A DNA stretch of 64,000 nt from Cyanobacteria bacterium bin.51 (GTDB lineage Bacteria > Cyanobacteriota > Cyanobacteriia > PCC-6307 > Cyanobiaceae): assembly GCA_013203655.1 (NCBI GenBank), contig JABMPN010000057.1:16451-80450 (forward strand). Reading direction: 5' to 3'. The stretch's first letter is position 1. Each line of letters starts with the position of its first letter. The translations under genes were made by a program, and so were the position numbers. The notes under the pieces were generated by a model that saw only the letters and a program-made list of their open reading frames with translations, was not told where the DNA came from and did no database searches. Of the stretch, positions 1 through 9,825 are shown in pieces.

Positions 1-1179
1 ATGGCTTTGGACCAGTGTGCTCTTGATTCGGAACTGAGGCGGGAGAATGGCCTGCTGGCCGCCAGTGGGGTGTCCCTGCGGCTCGAGCGGCGTGGCCAGA
101 GCCTGGTGCTGCGGGGCCCCCTGCCGTGCAGACGTGGTGGTGGCAGCTTTCCGGTCCAGCGGATCAGTCTCGGCTTGCCTGCCACTGCGGCAGGCCTCAT
201 CCAGGCCCGCCGCCACCTGCGCCGCATTCAGCAGCAGCTTCTGCAGCAGCGCTTCGACTGGCAGGCCTGGAGCCGACCGAGCAGCCCGGCCACCTCGGAG
301 CCCCCCACGGTTTCAACCGAGGCAGTGCTCGAGCAATTCGAGGCCAGCTTCTTTGCTGACCCACGTCGCCGCCGCCATCCGGCCGGCAGCCGCTCCACCT
401 GGCAGGGGGCCTACCTCCCATACCTGAGACGGTTGCTGGCGGCAGCAACCAATCAGCAGCAGCCACTCGACCCTGATCTCTTCCTTCAGGTGTTGGAGAG
501 CTATCCGGCCGCCAGCCGCAGCCGGCAGCAATGCGGCACGGCCCTGGGTGCCCTTGGTCGCCAACTGGGCGTCTCCCTCGCCGAGGACTGGGGAGAACGG
601 GCCGGTGGCTACGGGCTCCACCAAGCCCAGTTCCGCCAGCTGCCCAGCGATGGCGACGTTCAGGCGCTGGTGGCCCGGATCCCCAACCCTGCCTGGCGGC
701 TGGCCTATGGGTTGATGGCGACCTATGGCCTGCGCAACCACGAGGTGTTTTTCTGCGATCTCTCCTCCCTTTCGCCAGGCGGCGACCGCGTGCTGAGGGT
801 GCTACCCAGCAGCAAGACCGGTGAGCATCAGGTCTGGCCCTTTCATCCCGAGTGGGTGGAGCACTTCGAATTGCCGAAACTGGTCGAAGCGGCCGACGCC
901 CTGCCTGCGGTGCGCACCGACCTGGCCCGCACCACCCTGCAGCAGGTGGGCCGGCGCGTGGCCGAGCAGTTCCGCCGCTACGACCTGCCGATCACCCCCT
1001 ACGACCTCCGCCACGCCTGGGCGGTGCGCACGATCCACATCGGTCTGCCTGACACCGTGGCGGCCCGGATGATGGGCCACTCCGTGACGATCCACACCCG
1101 CACCTACCACCACTGGATCACCCGGCGCGACCAGCAACAGGCGGTGGATGCGGCCCTGGCCAGGCGACGAGTGGCCTGA
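1..1179 (+). CDS. Tyrosine recombinase / phage integrase family protein
   Basis: Catalytic motifs YGLRNHE (Arg), SSKTG (Lys), YDLRHAWA (His-x-x-Arg box, first His replaced by Tyr), MMGHS and HTRTYHHW (Tyr). Start may lie at or before the window edge. Confidence 0.85.
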   Translation: MALDQCALDSELRRENGLLAASGVSLRLERRGQSLVLRGPLPCRRGGGSFPVQRISLGLPATAAGLIQARRHLRRIQQQLLQQRFDWQAWSRPSSPATSEPPTVSTEAVLEQFEASFFADPRRRRHPAGSRSTWQGAYLPYLRRLLAAATNQQQPLDPDLFLQVLESYPAASRSRQQCGTALGALGRQLGVSLAEDWGERAGGYGLHQAQFRQLPSDGDVQALVARIPNPAWRLAYGLMATYGLRNHEVFFCDLSSLSPGGDRVLRVLPSSKTGEHQVWPFHPEWVEHFELPKLVEAADALPAVRTDLARTTLQQVGRRVAEQFRRYDLPITPYDLRHAWAVRTIHIGLPDTVAARMMGHSVTIHTRTYHHWITRRDQQQAVDAALARRRVA

Positions 1180-1219
1180 GTCGGCCAAAGTGCAACCAGC
1201 CCATCCCCCTTTGAATTCC

Positions 1220-1900
1220 ATGGCTGATCATGATTCCGCCGTCGCTGGGCTCGACCTTCAGGCCGCCGAGCTCGGCCCGGGAGGGGTTCTGGCACCCGAG
1301 CCGGATGCTGAGGGCTACCGGCGGCGGATGGAGCGCCGCAAGGAGGTGCAGCAGCAGCGGGTTGGAGAGCGCAATCTCGAGCAGGGGCTCGTGCTGGTGT
1401 TCACCGGCGATGGCAAGGGCAAGACAACGGCAGCCCTTGGCCTGGTGCTGCGCACCCTCGGCCATGGCGAGCGGGTGGCCGTCGTCCAGTTCATCAAGGG
1501 CGGCTGGCAGCCGGGGGAGGCCAAAGCCCTGGAGATCTTTGGCGATGCCCTGGCCTGGCAGGCGCTGGGGGAAGGGTTCACCTGGGAAACCCAGAACCGC
1601 GAAAGGGACCGGCAACTGGTCCAGGAGGCCTGGCAGCAGTCGCTGCACCACCTTGCCGATGGCCAACGCAAGCTGGTGGTGCTGGATGAAATCAACGTGG
1701 CCCTGAAACTGGGCTACCTGGAGCTGGATCAGGTGCTGGAAGGCCTGGACCTGCGCCCTGAGCTCACCCATGTGGCCTTGACCGGTCGTGGGGCGCCGCC
1801 GGCACTGGTGGAACGGGCCGACCTGGTCACGGAGATGCGGCTGGTGCGCCACCCGTTCCGGGAGAAAGGCATCAAAGCGCAGGTCGGTATCGAGTACTGA
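1220..1900 (+). CDS. cobO: Cob(I)alamin adenosyltransferase
   Basis: FTGDGKGKTTAA P-loop, QFIKG, GEGFTW, LDEIN, LTGRGAP, ADLVTEM, GIEY end; ATG at 1220. Confidence 0.95.
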   Translation: MADHDSAVAGLDLQAAELGPGGVLAPEPDAEGYRRRMERRKEVQQQRVGERNLEQGLVLVFTGDGKGKTTAALGLVLRTLGHGERVAVVQFIKGGWQPGEAKALEIFGDALAWQALGEGFTWETQNRERDRQLVQEAWQQSLHHLADGQRKLVVLDEINVALKLGYLELDQVLEGLDLRPELTHVALTGRGAPPALVERADLVTEMRLVRHPFREKGIKAQVGIEY

Positions 1901-1952
1901 GCCGGAGCGTTGCTACTGTTCGGCCGTTTGAACGAGCCAAGCGCTGAAACCG

Positions 1953-2666
1953 ATGGCTTATCGGCGAGTCCTCCTCAAGCTCAGCGGCGAAGCGTTGATG
2001 GGAGATCAGGGCTACGGCATCGATCCGGCCATCGTGCAGTCGATTGCCAGTGACGTGGCTGAGGTGGTCGCCGCTGGCACCCAGTTGGCCATCGTGGTGG
2101 GCGGAGGCAACATCTTCCGCGGCCTCAAGGGTTCTGCCGCCGGCATGGAGCGCGCCACGGCTGATTACGTCGGCATGCTGGCCACGGTGATGAACGCGAT
2201 CACCCTGCAAGACGCCCTTGAGCGCGTGGGTGTGGCGACCCGGGTGCAGACCGCCATCGACATGCAGGAACTGGCAGAGCCCTACATCCGTCGTCGGGCC
2301 ATTCGCCACCTTGAGAAGGGCCGTGTGGTGGTTTTTGGGGCCGGTTGCGGCAATCCCTTCTTCACTACCGACACGGCAGCAGCGCTGCGGGCCGCCGAAA
2401 TCAACGCCGATGTGGTGTTCAAAGCCACCAAAGTGGATGGCGTCTACGACCGAGACCCGGCCCACCATCCTGATGCCGTCCGTTACGACACCCTCACCTT
2501 TCAGGATGTGCTCAGCGGTGAGTTGGCTGTGATGGACAGCACAGCCATCGCCCTCTGCAAGGACAACTCCATCCCGATCGTTGTTTTCGATCTGTTCGGT
2601 CAGGGCAATATCGGCAGGGCGGTCGCCGGCGAGTCGATCGGCACCAGCATCACTCCCGCCGGCTAG
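1953..2666 (+). CDS. pyrH: UMP kinase
   Basis: [35 protein letters not shown]; followed by frr. Confidence 0.97.
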   Translation: MAYRRVLLKLSGEALMGDQGYGIDPAIVQSIASDVAEVVAAGTQLAIVVGGGNIFRGLKGSAAGMERATADYVGMLATVMNAITLQDALERVGVATRVQTAIDMQELAEPYIRRRAIRHLEKGRVVVFGAGCGNPFFTTDTAAALRAAEINADVVFKATKVDGVYDRDPAHHPDAVRYDTLTFQDVLSGELAVMDSTAIALCKDNSIPIVVFDLFGQGNIGRAVAGESIGTSITPAG

Positions 2667-2694
2667 CTCCGGCTTTCTCCCCTCGTACAACGTC

Positions 2695-3234
2695 ATGAAT
2701 ATCGAAGCGAGCATGCGCAAGTCGGTGGAAGCAACCCAGCGCACCTTCAACACAATCCGCACGGGTCGTGCCAACCCCTCCCTGCTCGACAAGCTCTCGG
2801 TCGAGTATTACGGCGCCGAAACACCCTTGCGCTCCCTCGCTACCATTTCCACCCCAGATTCCCAGACGATCCAGATCCAACCCTTTGATAGCGGTTCGAT
2901 GGCCCTGATTGAAAAGGCCATCGCCATGAGTGATCTGGGGCTCACGCCCAACAACGACGGCAAGGTCATTCGGATCAACATTCCGCCTTTGACTGAAGAT
3001 CGCCGCAAAGAATTCTGCAAACTTGCCTCCAAGTACGCCGAGGAAGGGAAGGTTTCCTTGCGCAACATTCGTCGTGAGGCGATCGACCGGATCAAGAAAC
3101 AGGAGAAGGACGGCGACCTCTCCGAGGATCAGAGCCGCGATGAACAGGAGAAGGTGCAGAAGATCACCGACCGCACCATCGCCGAACTCGAGAAGCATCT
3201 CAGTGAGAAGGAACTCGACATCCTCAAAGTTTGA
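2695..3234 (+). CDS. frr: Ribosome recycling factor
   Basis: [35 protein letters not shown]; ATG at 2695. Confidence 0.97.
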   Translation: MNIEASMRKSVEATQRTFNTIRTGRANPSLLDKLSVEYYGAETPLRSLATISTPDSQTIQIQPFDSGSMALIEKAIAMSDLGLTPNNDGKVIRINIPPLTEDRRKEFCKLASKYAEEGKVSLRNIRREAIDRIKKQEKDGDLSEDQSRDEQEKVQKITDRTIAELEKHLSEKELDILKV

Positions 3235-4373
3235 GCCGGCTTGACGCTGATGTGATCGTTGTTGGCGCCGGCGTCGCCGGCTCAGCGGCGGCCTATCACC
3301 TGGCGGCCCGGGGGCGGAAGGTGAAGCTGCTTGAAGCCCTCCGCCAACCCCGCGGCAAGCCCTGCGGTGGTGGCATGGCCGCCTCGGTGCAGGACTGGTT
3401 CCCCTTCGATCTTCGCCCCGCTGTCGATCAGGTGATCGACCAGGTGCGATTCACCTGGTGCCTGGAGGATCCCGTGGTGGCGGAACTTCCCGGCGAATCA
3501 CCGTTCTGGATCGTGCGCCGTTCCGTGCTGGATCCCTTTCTGGCGGCCAAGGCCGTGGCGGCAGGTGCCGATCTGCTCGAAGGCACTCCGGTGGTGTCCA
3601 TCGAGCCGGGCGATGAGCACTTGCGCGTGCAGACCGAGCAGGGCAGCCCCCTGCTCGCCCGTGCGGTGGTGATCGCCGACGGGGCCCGCAGTCGCTTCAA
3701 CGCCCCACTGGGCCTCGGAGCCCTCAAGCCACGCTACGCCTCCGCCCTTTCGGTGGAGGTGGAGGGAGTTGTCGCCGATCCCAACAGTGCTCGCTTCGAA
3801 TTCGGACTGGTGCGCCATGGCTTCTGCTGGGCCTTTCCCCGCCAAGGCGGTTACAGCATCGGGGTCGGCACTTTCCTGGGACGCGATCTGGCCAATGCCG
3901 ATGAGGTGATGGCCGCGCTGTTGCCCAGCCTCGGTTATGCGGCTGACGCCGGTGTGCGCCGGTCCTGGCCCCTGCGGGTCTGGGATGGTCACCACCGACT
4001 GCACGGTCCCGGTGTGGTGGTGGTCGGCGATGCGGCCTCACTCTGTGATCCATTCCTGGCCGAAGGGCTCAGGCCTGCCCTGCTGAGTGGCACCAGAGCC
4101 GCTGCCTCCATCGACGACTGGCTGGCGGGCGATGCAGCGGCGCTGGCGGGATACACCGACACGATGCGGCGGGAATGGGGCCAGTCGATGGCCTGGGGGC
4201 GACGGATCGCCCAGGTGTTCTATCGGGTGCCGAAGCTCGGCTACCAACTGGGCATCAAGCGCCCCACCGCTCCCCGTCGCATCGCCCAGATCCTCTCTGG
4301 CGAGCTGGGCTATGGCGATATCGCCCAGCGGGTCATCCGCCGCTTGCTGTTCAGCGCCGCAGGCAATCCTTGA
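3231..4373 (+). CDS. Geranylgeranyl reductase-family FAD-dependent oxidoreductase
   Basis: VVGAGVAGS Rossmann motif, KPCGGG, IADGA, VGDAA...EG; overlaps the frr stop. Confidence 0.8.
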   Translation: MSRLDADVIVVGAGVAGSAAAYHLAARGRKVKLLEALRQPRGKPCGGGMAASVQDWFPFDLRPAVDQVIDQVRFTWCLEDPVVAELPGESPFWIVRRSVLDPFLAAKAVAAGADLLEGTPVVSIEPGDEHLRVQTEQGSPLLARAVVIADGARSRFNAPLGLGALKPRYASALSVEVEGVVADPNSARFEFGLVRHGFCWAFPRQGGYSIGVGTFLGRDLANADEVMAALLPSLGYAADAGVRRSWPLRVWDGHHRLHGPGVVVVGDAASLCDPFLAEGLRPALLSGTRAAASIDDWLAGDAAALAGYTDTMRREWGQSMAWGRRIAQVFYRVPKLGYQLGIKRPTAPRRIAQILSGELGYGDIAQRVIRRLLFSAAGNP

Positions 4374-4728
4374 GCTGCCGAAGGCGGCTGTCGATCGAAC
4401 CGAGCAGTTCGATGACGAACATCGGGGCCTCCTGGACGGCAAACAGGAACTTCTCTCTGTTCATCACCAGGATCCTGCAGGCGGTCAGGGCCTTGGCATC
4501 GCCGTAACGGCGATGATCGGATGTCACCAGCGCCCCCGCCCCGAAGACATCGCCCGCTTCGATTTCCTCGTGGCCGGCATCGCCATTCCAGCTGAGCTGG
4601 ACCCTGCCTTCTAAGACACCGAACATGCAGGAGCCGGGTTCCCCAGCACTGAACACCTTTTCACCCGCCTCAAGCTGACGAACTTCGCCTTGATCGGCGA
4701 GGGCGCGCATGGTGTCGAGAGCATTCAC
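4351..4728 (-). CDS. Stand-alone cyclic nucleotide-binding domain protein
   Basis: GEKVFSAGEPG, GVLEGRV, GDVFGAGAL...RRYGDAKA (CAP_ED-like); no HTH. Confidence 0.8.
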   Translation of the reverse strand: MNALDTMRALADQGEVRQLEAGEKVFSAGEPGSCMFGVLEGRVQLSWNGDAGHEEIEAGDVFGAGALVTSDHRRYGDAKALTACRILVMNREKFLFAVQEAPMFVIELLGSIDSRLRQLKDCLRR

Positions 4729-4785
4729 GGGCAGAACAGAGTGGAATCAGCAGATCAGTCTGGGGCAGCAGGGAGCAAAACTGAC

Positions 4786-5967
4786 TCAGCTGCTCGCGGC
4801 GGCGGAAAGCGCCAACGGCGCACCCAGGCCACCGCGCACATCTTCAGGAGCAAGCCGGCCGTCGTGGTCGGTGTCGAGGGCATCGAAGACTGCATCGCTA
4901 CCCAGCCATTCCTCGCGGGTGATGCAGCCATCGCCATCGAAATCGTTGAGCAGAAAAATCTCCTGGGCGGCATGGGCGAAGGCCGCTTCACCCTCCAGCT
5001 CACCGAGGCGATGGGCCAGCTGGGCTTCGAGGGTTTCGATGGCCTTGCTGAATCCGCGGATGCCTTCATCGAGTTTTTCGTGGGCCATGCGGTCAGCCGC
5101 CATCCGCTGCTCGAAATCGGATGCCTCGAGCGTGAAGCGGGGTTCCGTCGGGCCGGGATCGAAGGGGTTGAGCCGGCGCTTCAGCTCCCCTTGCTGCTGG
5201 CGCAACTGGTCAAGAAGCTTGGGGGAGATGGTGAGCAGGTCGCAGCCGGCGAGTTCGACAATTTCCTCGGTATTGCGGAAACTGGCCCCCATCACTTCGG
5301 TTTTGTAGCCGTGTGTCTTGAAGTAATTGAAGATCTGGGTCACCGAGATCACGCCTGGATCTTCAGGCCCCGGGTAGTGATCACGTCCGGTGTCGTTTTT
5401 GTACCAATCGAGGATGCGCCCCACGAATGGGGAGATCAGGGTGACTTTGGCCTCAGCGCAGGCCACGGCCTGGGTGAAGCTGAACAGGAGGGTGAGATTG
5501 CAGTGAATACCCTCGAGCTCAAGCTGCTCTGCAGCCTTGATGCCCTCCCAGGTGGAGGCGATCTTGATCAGCACACGATCCTTGCTGATGCCGGCCTCGT
5601 GATACAGAGCGATCAGTTTTCGCGCCTTGGTGATGGAGGCAGCGGTGTCATAACTGAGCCTGGCGTCCACTTCGGTGGAGACCCGTCCAGGCACGATCTG
5701 CAGAATTTCCTTGCCGAAATTGACACAGATTTCGTCGAGGGCCTCAAGCACCACCATCTCAGCCGGGGCATCGGGGCCAAGCAGGTCCCTTGAAGCCTTC
5801 AAGGAGGTGTCGATCAATCCCTGATAGAGGGGGATCTGGGCTGCCGCCAGGATCAGGGATGGGTTGGTGGTCGCGTCCTGGGGGGTGAATTGCTTGATTG
5901 CTTCGAGTTCGCCGGTGTCGGCGACCACCACGGTCATCGCGGCGAGCTGGTCGAGCAAATTAGCCAT
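4786..5967 (-). CDS. tal: Transaldolase with C-terminal EF-hand pair
   Basis: [51 protein letters not shown]; tail [12 protein letters not shown] and [12 protein letters not shown]. Confidence 0.95.
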   Translation of the reverse strand: MANLLDQLAAMTVVVADTGELEAIKQFTPQDATTNPSLILAAAQIPLYQGLIDTSLKASRDLLGPDAPAEMVVLEALDEICVNFGKEILQIVPGRVSTEVDARLSYDTAASITKARKLIALYHEAGISKDRVLIKIASTWEGIKAAEQLELEGIHCNLTLLFSFTQAVACAEAKVTLISPFVGRILDWYKNDTGRDHYPGPEDPGVISVTQIFNYFKTHGYKTEVMGASFRNTEEIVELAGCDLLTISPKLLDQLRQQQGELKRRLNPFDPGPTEPRFTLEASDFEQRMAADRMAHEKLDEGIRGFSKAIETLEAQLAHRLGELEGEAAFAHAAQEIFLLNDFDGDGCITREEWLGSDAVFDALDTDHDGRLAPEDVRGGLGAPLALSAAASS

Positions 5968-6030
5968 GGGGCGAAGCAACAAGCGACGCTTCAACCTAAC
6001 GAGGTCAGTGCGGGGACGAACCCCGGGTGA

Positions 6031-7875
6031 TCATCCCCGTACCTTTGGCTTGCTTGGCGGCACCTTCTCGATCACCAGGAGAGATTCAATGATTTGCTTG
6101 GCAGCCGGCATCGCCACGGTGGAACCGTAGGCATTGCCCCCCTGGGGCTCGTCCACTACCACCAGAACCACGTAGCGGGGGTCATCGATCGGCAGGCTTG
6201 CCACGAAGCTGCAGATCCTGGCTCCGGGGATGTAAACGCCATTGAGTGCCTTCTGGGCTGTTCCCGTCTTGCCGCCAATGCGATAACCCGCCACCTTGAC
6301 GCCGTCGCCGCTGCTCTCCTCGACCACCGTTTCCATCCACCCCATCACCTGACGGGTGACGGCGGGATCGAGCAGCTGGATCCCCTCGCCGGGGCCGGCA
6401 GCTCCGGCCAAGGCATCGCCGGAGCGCAGACCACGGGTGATGTGAGGGCTGACCAGCTTGCCGTCGTTGGCGAGCATCCCGTGCAGCTGAAGCAACTTCA
6501 GGGGGGTCAGCGAAAAACCCTGACCGAAGGCGGCGGTGGCCGGTTCAATCGGCTGGCTGGTGAACTGTTGCCGGCTTTTGAGCTGGCCGGCGACAGCACC
6601 GGGTAGATCGGTGTCAGGCACGGTGTCGATCCCGATTTTCTCCAGCCACTGCCAGAACACGACTGGCTTGACCTGCCGCATCGTCTGCACCATGGCCACG
6701 TTGCTGGACACCTGCAGGATGGTGGGGAAATCAATGACGCCATTGGCGCGCCGGTCATGGTTGAAGATCGGCCAGCCTCCGATCATCAGGGAACCGGAAT
6801 CGTTGATCTTGTCGCTGGGCTTGATCGCTTTTTCCTGGAGGGCGATCGCCAGGTTGATCGGCTTGAACGTGGAGCCCGGTTCGTAGAGATCCTGCACCGA
6901 CCATTCTCGGAACAGGGCGGGTGAAAAGTCCCAGAAACGGTTCGGGTTGTAGGTGGGTGCCGAGGCCAGCGCCAGCATCTCGCCATTGCGCACATCCATC
7001 ACCATGGCAACCCCTCGCTTCGCCTTCCACTCCTTGAGCTGGCGGGTCAGCGCCTGGTAAGCCACCTGTTGGAGGCGGGTGTCGAGTGTCAGCTGCAGGC
7101 GCAGGTCATCGGTGTAGAGCACCCCGGCCTGGAGCCCACTGGGAAGGGGCGTGCCATCACCACCCCGCTTCATCGAGCGCGGGCTTTCCTGCCGCCACAT
7201 CTCCTTATCTCTGCTTTGTTCAAGGCCGGCCTGGGCAACCCTGTCCAGATTGAGAAAACCCACCACATTGGCGAATAATTGTCCCTGGGGGTAGATCCGC
7301 TGGGGGAAGGCCTCGAGGTCGAGTCCACTGATCCCGAGGTTGCGGATTCGCTCAGCTGTTTCCGCGTCGAGGTCGGTGGCGAGCTTGATGCCGCTGCGCT
7401 GGCTTCCCATGGTTCGGGTGAGATCGGAAGCCGGAAGTGCCATGACTTCCGAAAGCTTCTCCGCCACGTCAAGGGCGCCGCGGATGGCGGTGGGATCGTC
7501 ACCTGGAAAATTGAAGTAGCGGGGATGGGCCCAGAGGGTGAAGCGCTCCTCATCGAGGGCGACCAATGTGCCCTGGCGATCGATGATCTGGCGCCGCTTT
7601 CCGATCGGACGCACCTGCTGGGTCTGGATCGCCCTGGCCCTGGCCTGAAGCTGGTCACCTTCCTTGACCTGCAGCCAGGCCAATCGGATCGACAGGCCCA
7701 CAAGAGCTGCGGCCATTATCAGAAAAACCAGGACCAGCCGGGCCGCTGGAACCGGTTGAAAATGAATCACCCGGCGTTGTCGTGGCCTTTGTCGATGGCC
7801 CCGATCAGATTGACCACCCGGATGTCGACCCTGGCTGCGGAGGGGGGCTCTACCTGGTGATGAACGTGTCAGCAC
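6031..7875 (-). CDS. ftsI: Class B penicillin-binding protein (FtsI/PBP3-like)
   Basis: N-terminal TM, R..IIDRQG, GLEQ, EPGSTFKP (SxxK), SSNV (SxN), GGKTGTAQK. Confidence 0.9.
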   Translation of the reverse strand: MLTRSSPGRAPLRSQGRHPGGQSDRGHRQRPRQRRVIHFQPVPAARLVLVFLIMAAALVGLSIRLAWLQVKEGDQLQARARAIQTQQVRPIGKRRQIIDRQGTLVALDEERFTLWAHPRYFNFPGDDPTAIRGALDVAEKLSEVMALPASDLTRTMGSQRSGIKLATDLDAETAERIRNLGISGLDLEAFPQRIYPQGQLFANVVGFLNLDRVAQAGLEQSRDKEMWRQESPRSMKRGGDGTPLPSGLQAGVLYTDDLRLQLTLDTRLQQVAYQALTRQLKEWKAKRGVAMVMDVRNGEMLALASAPTYNPNRFWDFSPALFREWSVQDLYEPGSTFKPINLAIALQEKAIKPSDKINDSGSLMIGGWPIFNHDRRANGVIDFPTILQVSSNVAMVQTMRQVKPVVFWQWLEKIGIDTVPDTDLPGAVAGQLKSRQQFTSQPIEPATAAFGQGFSLTPLKLLQLHGMLANDGKLVSPHITRGLRSGDALAGAAGPGEGIQLLDPAVTRQVMGWMETVVEESSGDGVKVAGYRIGGKTGTAQKALNGVYIPGARICSFVASLPIDDPRYVVLVVVDEPQGGNAYGSTVAMPAAKQIIESLLVIEKVPPSKPKVRG

Positions 7876-7876
7876 C

Positions 7877-8329
7877 TCAATAGCCCGGACGGATAAGGGG
7901 AATGATCCGCTCGGCTGAGGGCGCTACGGCCTGAACGGAAGCCATCTGGGAGACCTCAATGGCCGTCTCGGGGACCGGGGGGAGATGGATCAGGTTTTTG
8001 ATGGTGGTGGGTACGAGCCGACCCGGACGCCGTGCCATCGCCAGGTGGTGCTGCTCCAGTTGGGAGGTGGACTCCTGGAGACGATGTTCGAGTGTCTGCG
8101 ACGCCTCGAGCTGTTGAAAACTTTTGGTCCAGGCCGCCTGCCAGTGGAGCGTCAGGACTGAAAGGCCGATCATCGATCCACCCAGGGCCAGCAAGAGCCC
8201 ATCGGCCACCCGGTGCAGGCCAGCCAGCACGGGGGCCTGCCTGGCCACCTTGCGTGCTGACATCGAGCCCTGGATCAAGTCAAGAGAACGCCGATGGCCA
8301 GAGCGTGGGGACGACGAGGCAGCAACCAC
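7877..8329 (-). CDS. Single-pass membrane protein with coiled coil (FtsL-like)
   Basis: Short basic N-terminus, one TM, heptad-like segment; directly upstream of ftsI. Confidence 0.6.
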   Translation of the reverse strand: MVAASSSPRSGHRRSLDLIQGSMSARKVARQAPVLAGLHRVADGLLLALGGSMIGLSVLTLHWQAAWTKSFQQLEASQTLEHRLQESTSQLEQHHLAMARRPGRLVPTTIKNLIHLPPVPETAIEVSQMASVQAVAPSAERIIPLIRPGY

Positions 8330-8390
8330 TTAAACCTGAAAGGAGCCTGTGCAAGTGAACCATGCACCTGGAGGCTCAGCAAGGCACAGA

Positions 8391-9752
8391 TCAGCTTCCC
8401 AGCAAGACCAGATTGCTGAAGGTGAGACCGTTCCATAGCGCGTGCATCCAGATGCAGGAGCTCAGGCGACCGCTCGAGAGCCTTAACCAGCCCAGGGCCA
8501 AGCCCAGAACGAAGAGAGGCGAGAGCTCGCTGAGGCTGAGATGGGCCAGTCCGAAGATCGCACTGCTGAGCACCACGCCCCAGATGGGGCCGAGCTTGCG
8601 GGCCATGACCGGCAGCAACACCCCCCGGAAAATGGTTTCCTCGAACAGGGGAGCCAGCACGATCGCCGTGAAGGCAAAGCAGAACAGTGTCCAGCCGCTG
8701 TCGCTGCGCAGCACGAGATCCAGCAAGGGATTGCTTCCACCGGGATCGCTCCAGACCAGGTGCTGCAGCCAGCCGGTCAGGCTGACGAGGGGCAACACGA
8801 TCAGTAAGCCCTTGAACCCCTGAGCCAACGGCGGACCAGGCGGCTGCCAGCGGTATTGCAGCCAGCCCCCCTGGGGAGGTTCACCATTGAGCATCAGTCT
8901 GAGGATGGCCAGGGGGGCGGCCATCAGTCCCAGGTAGAGAAACAGCACCGTCAGCCCCTCGGCCAGGGGAGAACCGACCTGGAGCACGACCAGCAGCCGG
9001 CTGATCAAGGGACTGATCAACAGTGGGGTGACCAGGGCGCCCAGCAGCACGAAGCCGCCTGCGATCAGCAGGATCACATCGATCACCCCGAGCTGGGGAC
9101 CGAGCAAGGGAGGCAGTGGTGGGGTTTTGCCGCGCCAGCGCAACCAGCCTTCGCGAGCGATCAGAAGCACTCCGGCCAGCAGGGCCAGGGCTGGGACGAG
9201 GTTGATCCCGGCCAGTTGAAGCACGGCCCGCCCCTCCGCCCGGGGATTGGCACAGCTGGACGGGGCTCCCCCAAGGGCCTTGCAGCTCAGCCTCTGCAGC
9301 AGTGGATCAGCCGGCAGCTGATCAACAGACATCCTTTGTGCCCCCGGGACAGCCGCAACCTCCAGAAGCCTGCTCGCCAGGGCGCGGCTGATCGGATCGC
9401 TGCTGTTGCGTAGCTCCTCGAGCACGGGCCTGGCCCGTTCAGGCTCGGAGCTGTTCCGTTGCAACAGAGCCCGCAGCAGCTGGTCATTGGCCGTGGGTTG
9501 CCGGTCGAGTTCTTGGAGAAGGGCCGCCTGTGGGTTTTCTCCGATCAGCAGCGGGCGAAGCGATGGAGGGACCTGTGGCTCGGCGAGTGCCGCCAGCTCG
9601 AGCTGGCGGCGAATGAGATCGTTGCCGACCGATGGCCGCCCCAGGCTCTCCACCAGCCCATTGACCCAGAGCAACACGCTCAAGGCCAGGCAGACCATGG
9701 CAAGCCCCACCTTCCAGGGCAGCTTGCGTTGCCGATTCTCGCCTGGGTTCAA
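8391..9752 (-). CDS. CPBP/Abi (CAAX) intramembrane glutamic endopeptidase
   Basis: APLFEETIFRG, FGLAH, HALWN motifs; likely TTG start at 9752 after GAGGAAGG. Confidence 0.88.
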   Translation of the reverse strand: MNPGENRQRKLPWKVGLAMVCLALSVLLWVNGLVESLGRPSVGNDLIRRQLELAALAEPQVPPSLRPLLIGENPQAALLQELDRQPTANDQLLRALLQRNSSEPERARPVLEELRNSSDPISRALASRLLEVAAVPGAQRMSVDQLPADPLLQRLSCKALGGAPSSCANPRAEGRAVLQLAGINLVPALALLAGVLLIAREGWLRWRGKTPPLPPLLGPQLGVIDVILLIAGGFVLLGALVTPLLISPLISRLLVVLQVGSPLAEGLTVLFLYLGLMAAPLAILRLMLNGEPPQGGWLQYRWQPPGPPLAQGFKGLLIVLPLVSLTGWLQHLVWSDPGGSNPLLDLVLRSDSGWTLFCFAFTAIVLAPLFEETIFRGVLLPVMARKLGPIWGVVLSSAIFGLAHLSLSELSPLFVLGLALGWLRLSSGRLSSCIWMHALWNGLTFSNLVLLGS

Positions 9753-9825
9753 CCGCCCTTCCTCGATCGCTCGATTCTCACCCGGAGCCCTCCCATACGA
9801 TGGCCACGTTTTCGGCCTTTGTTTC

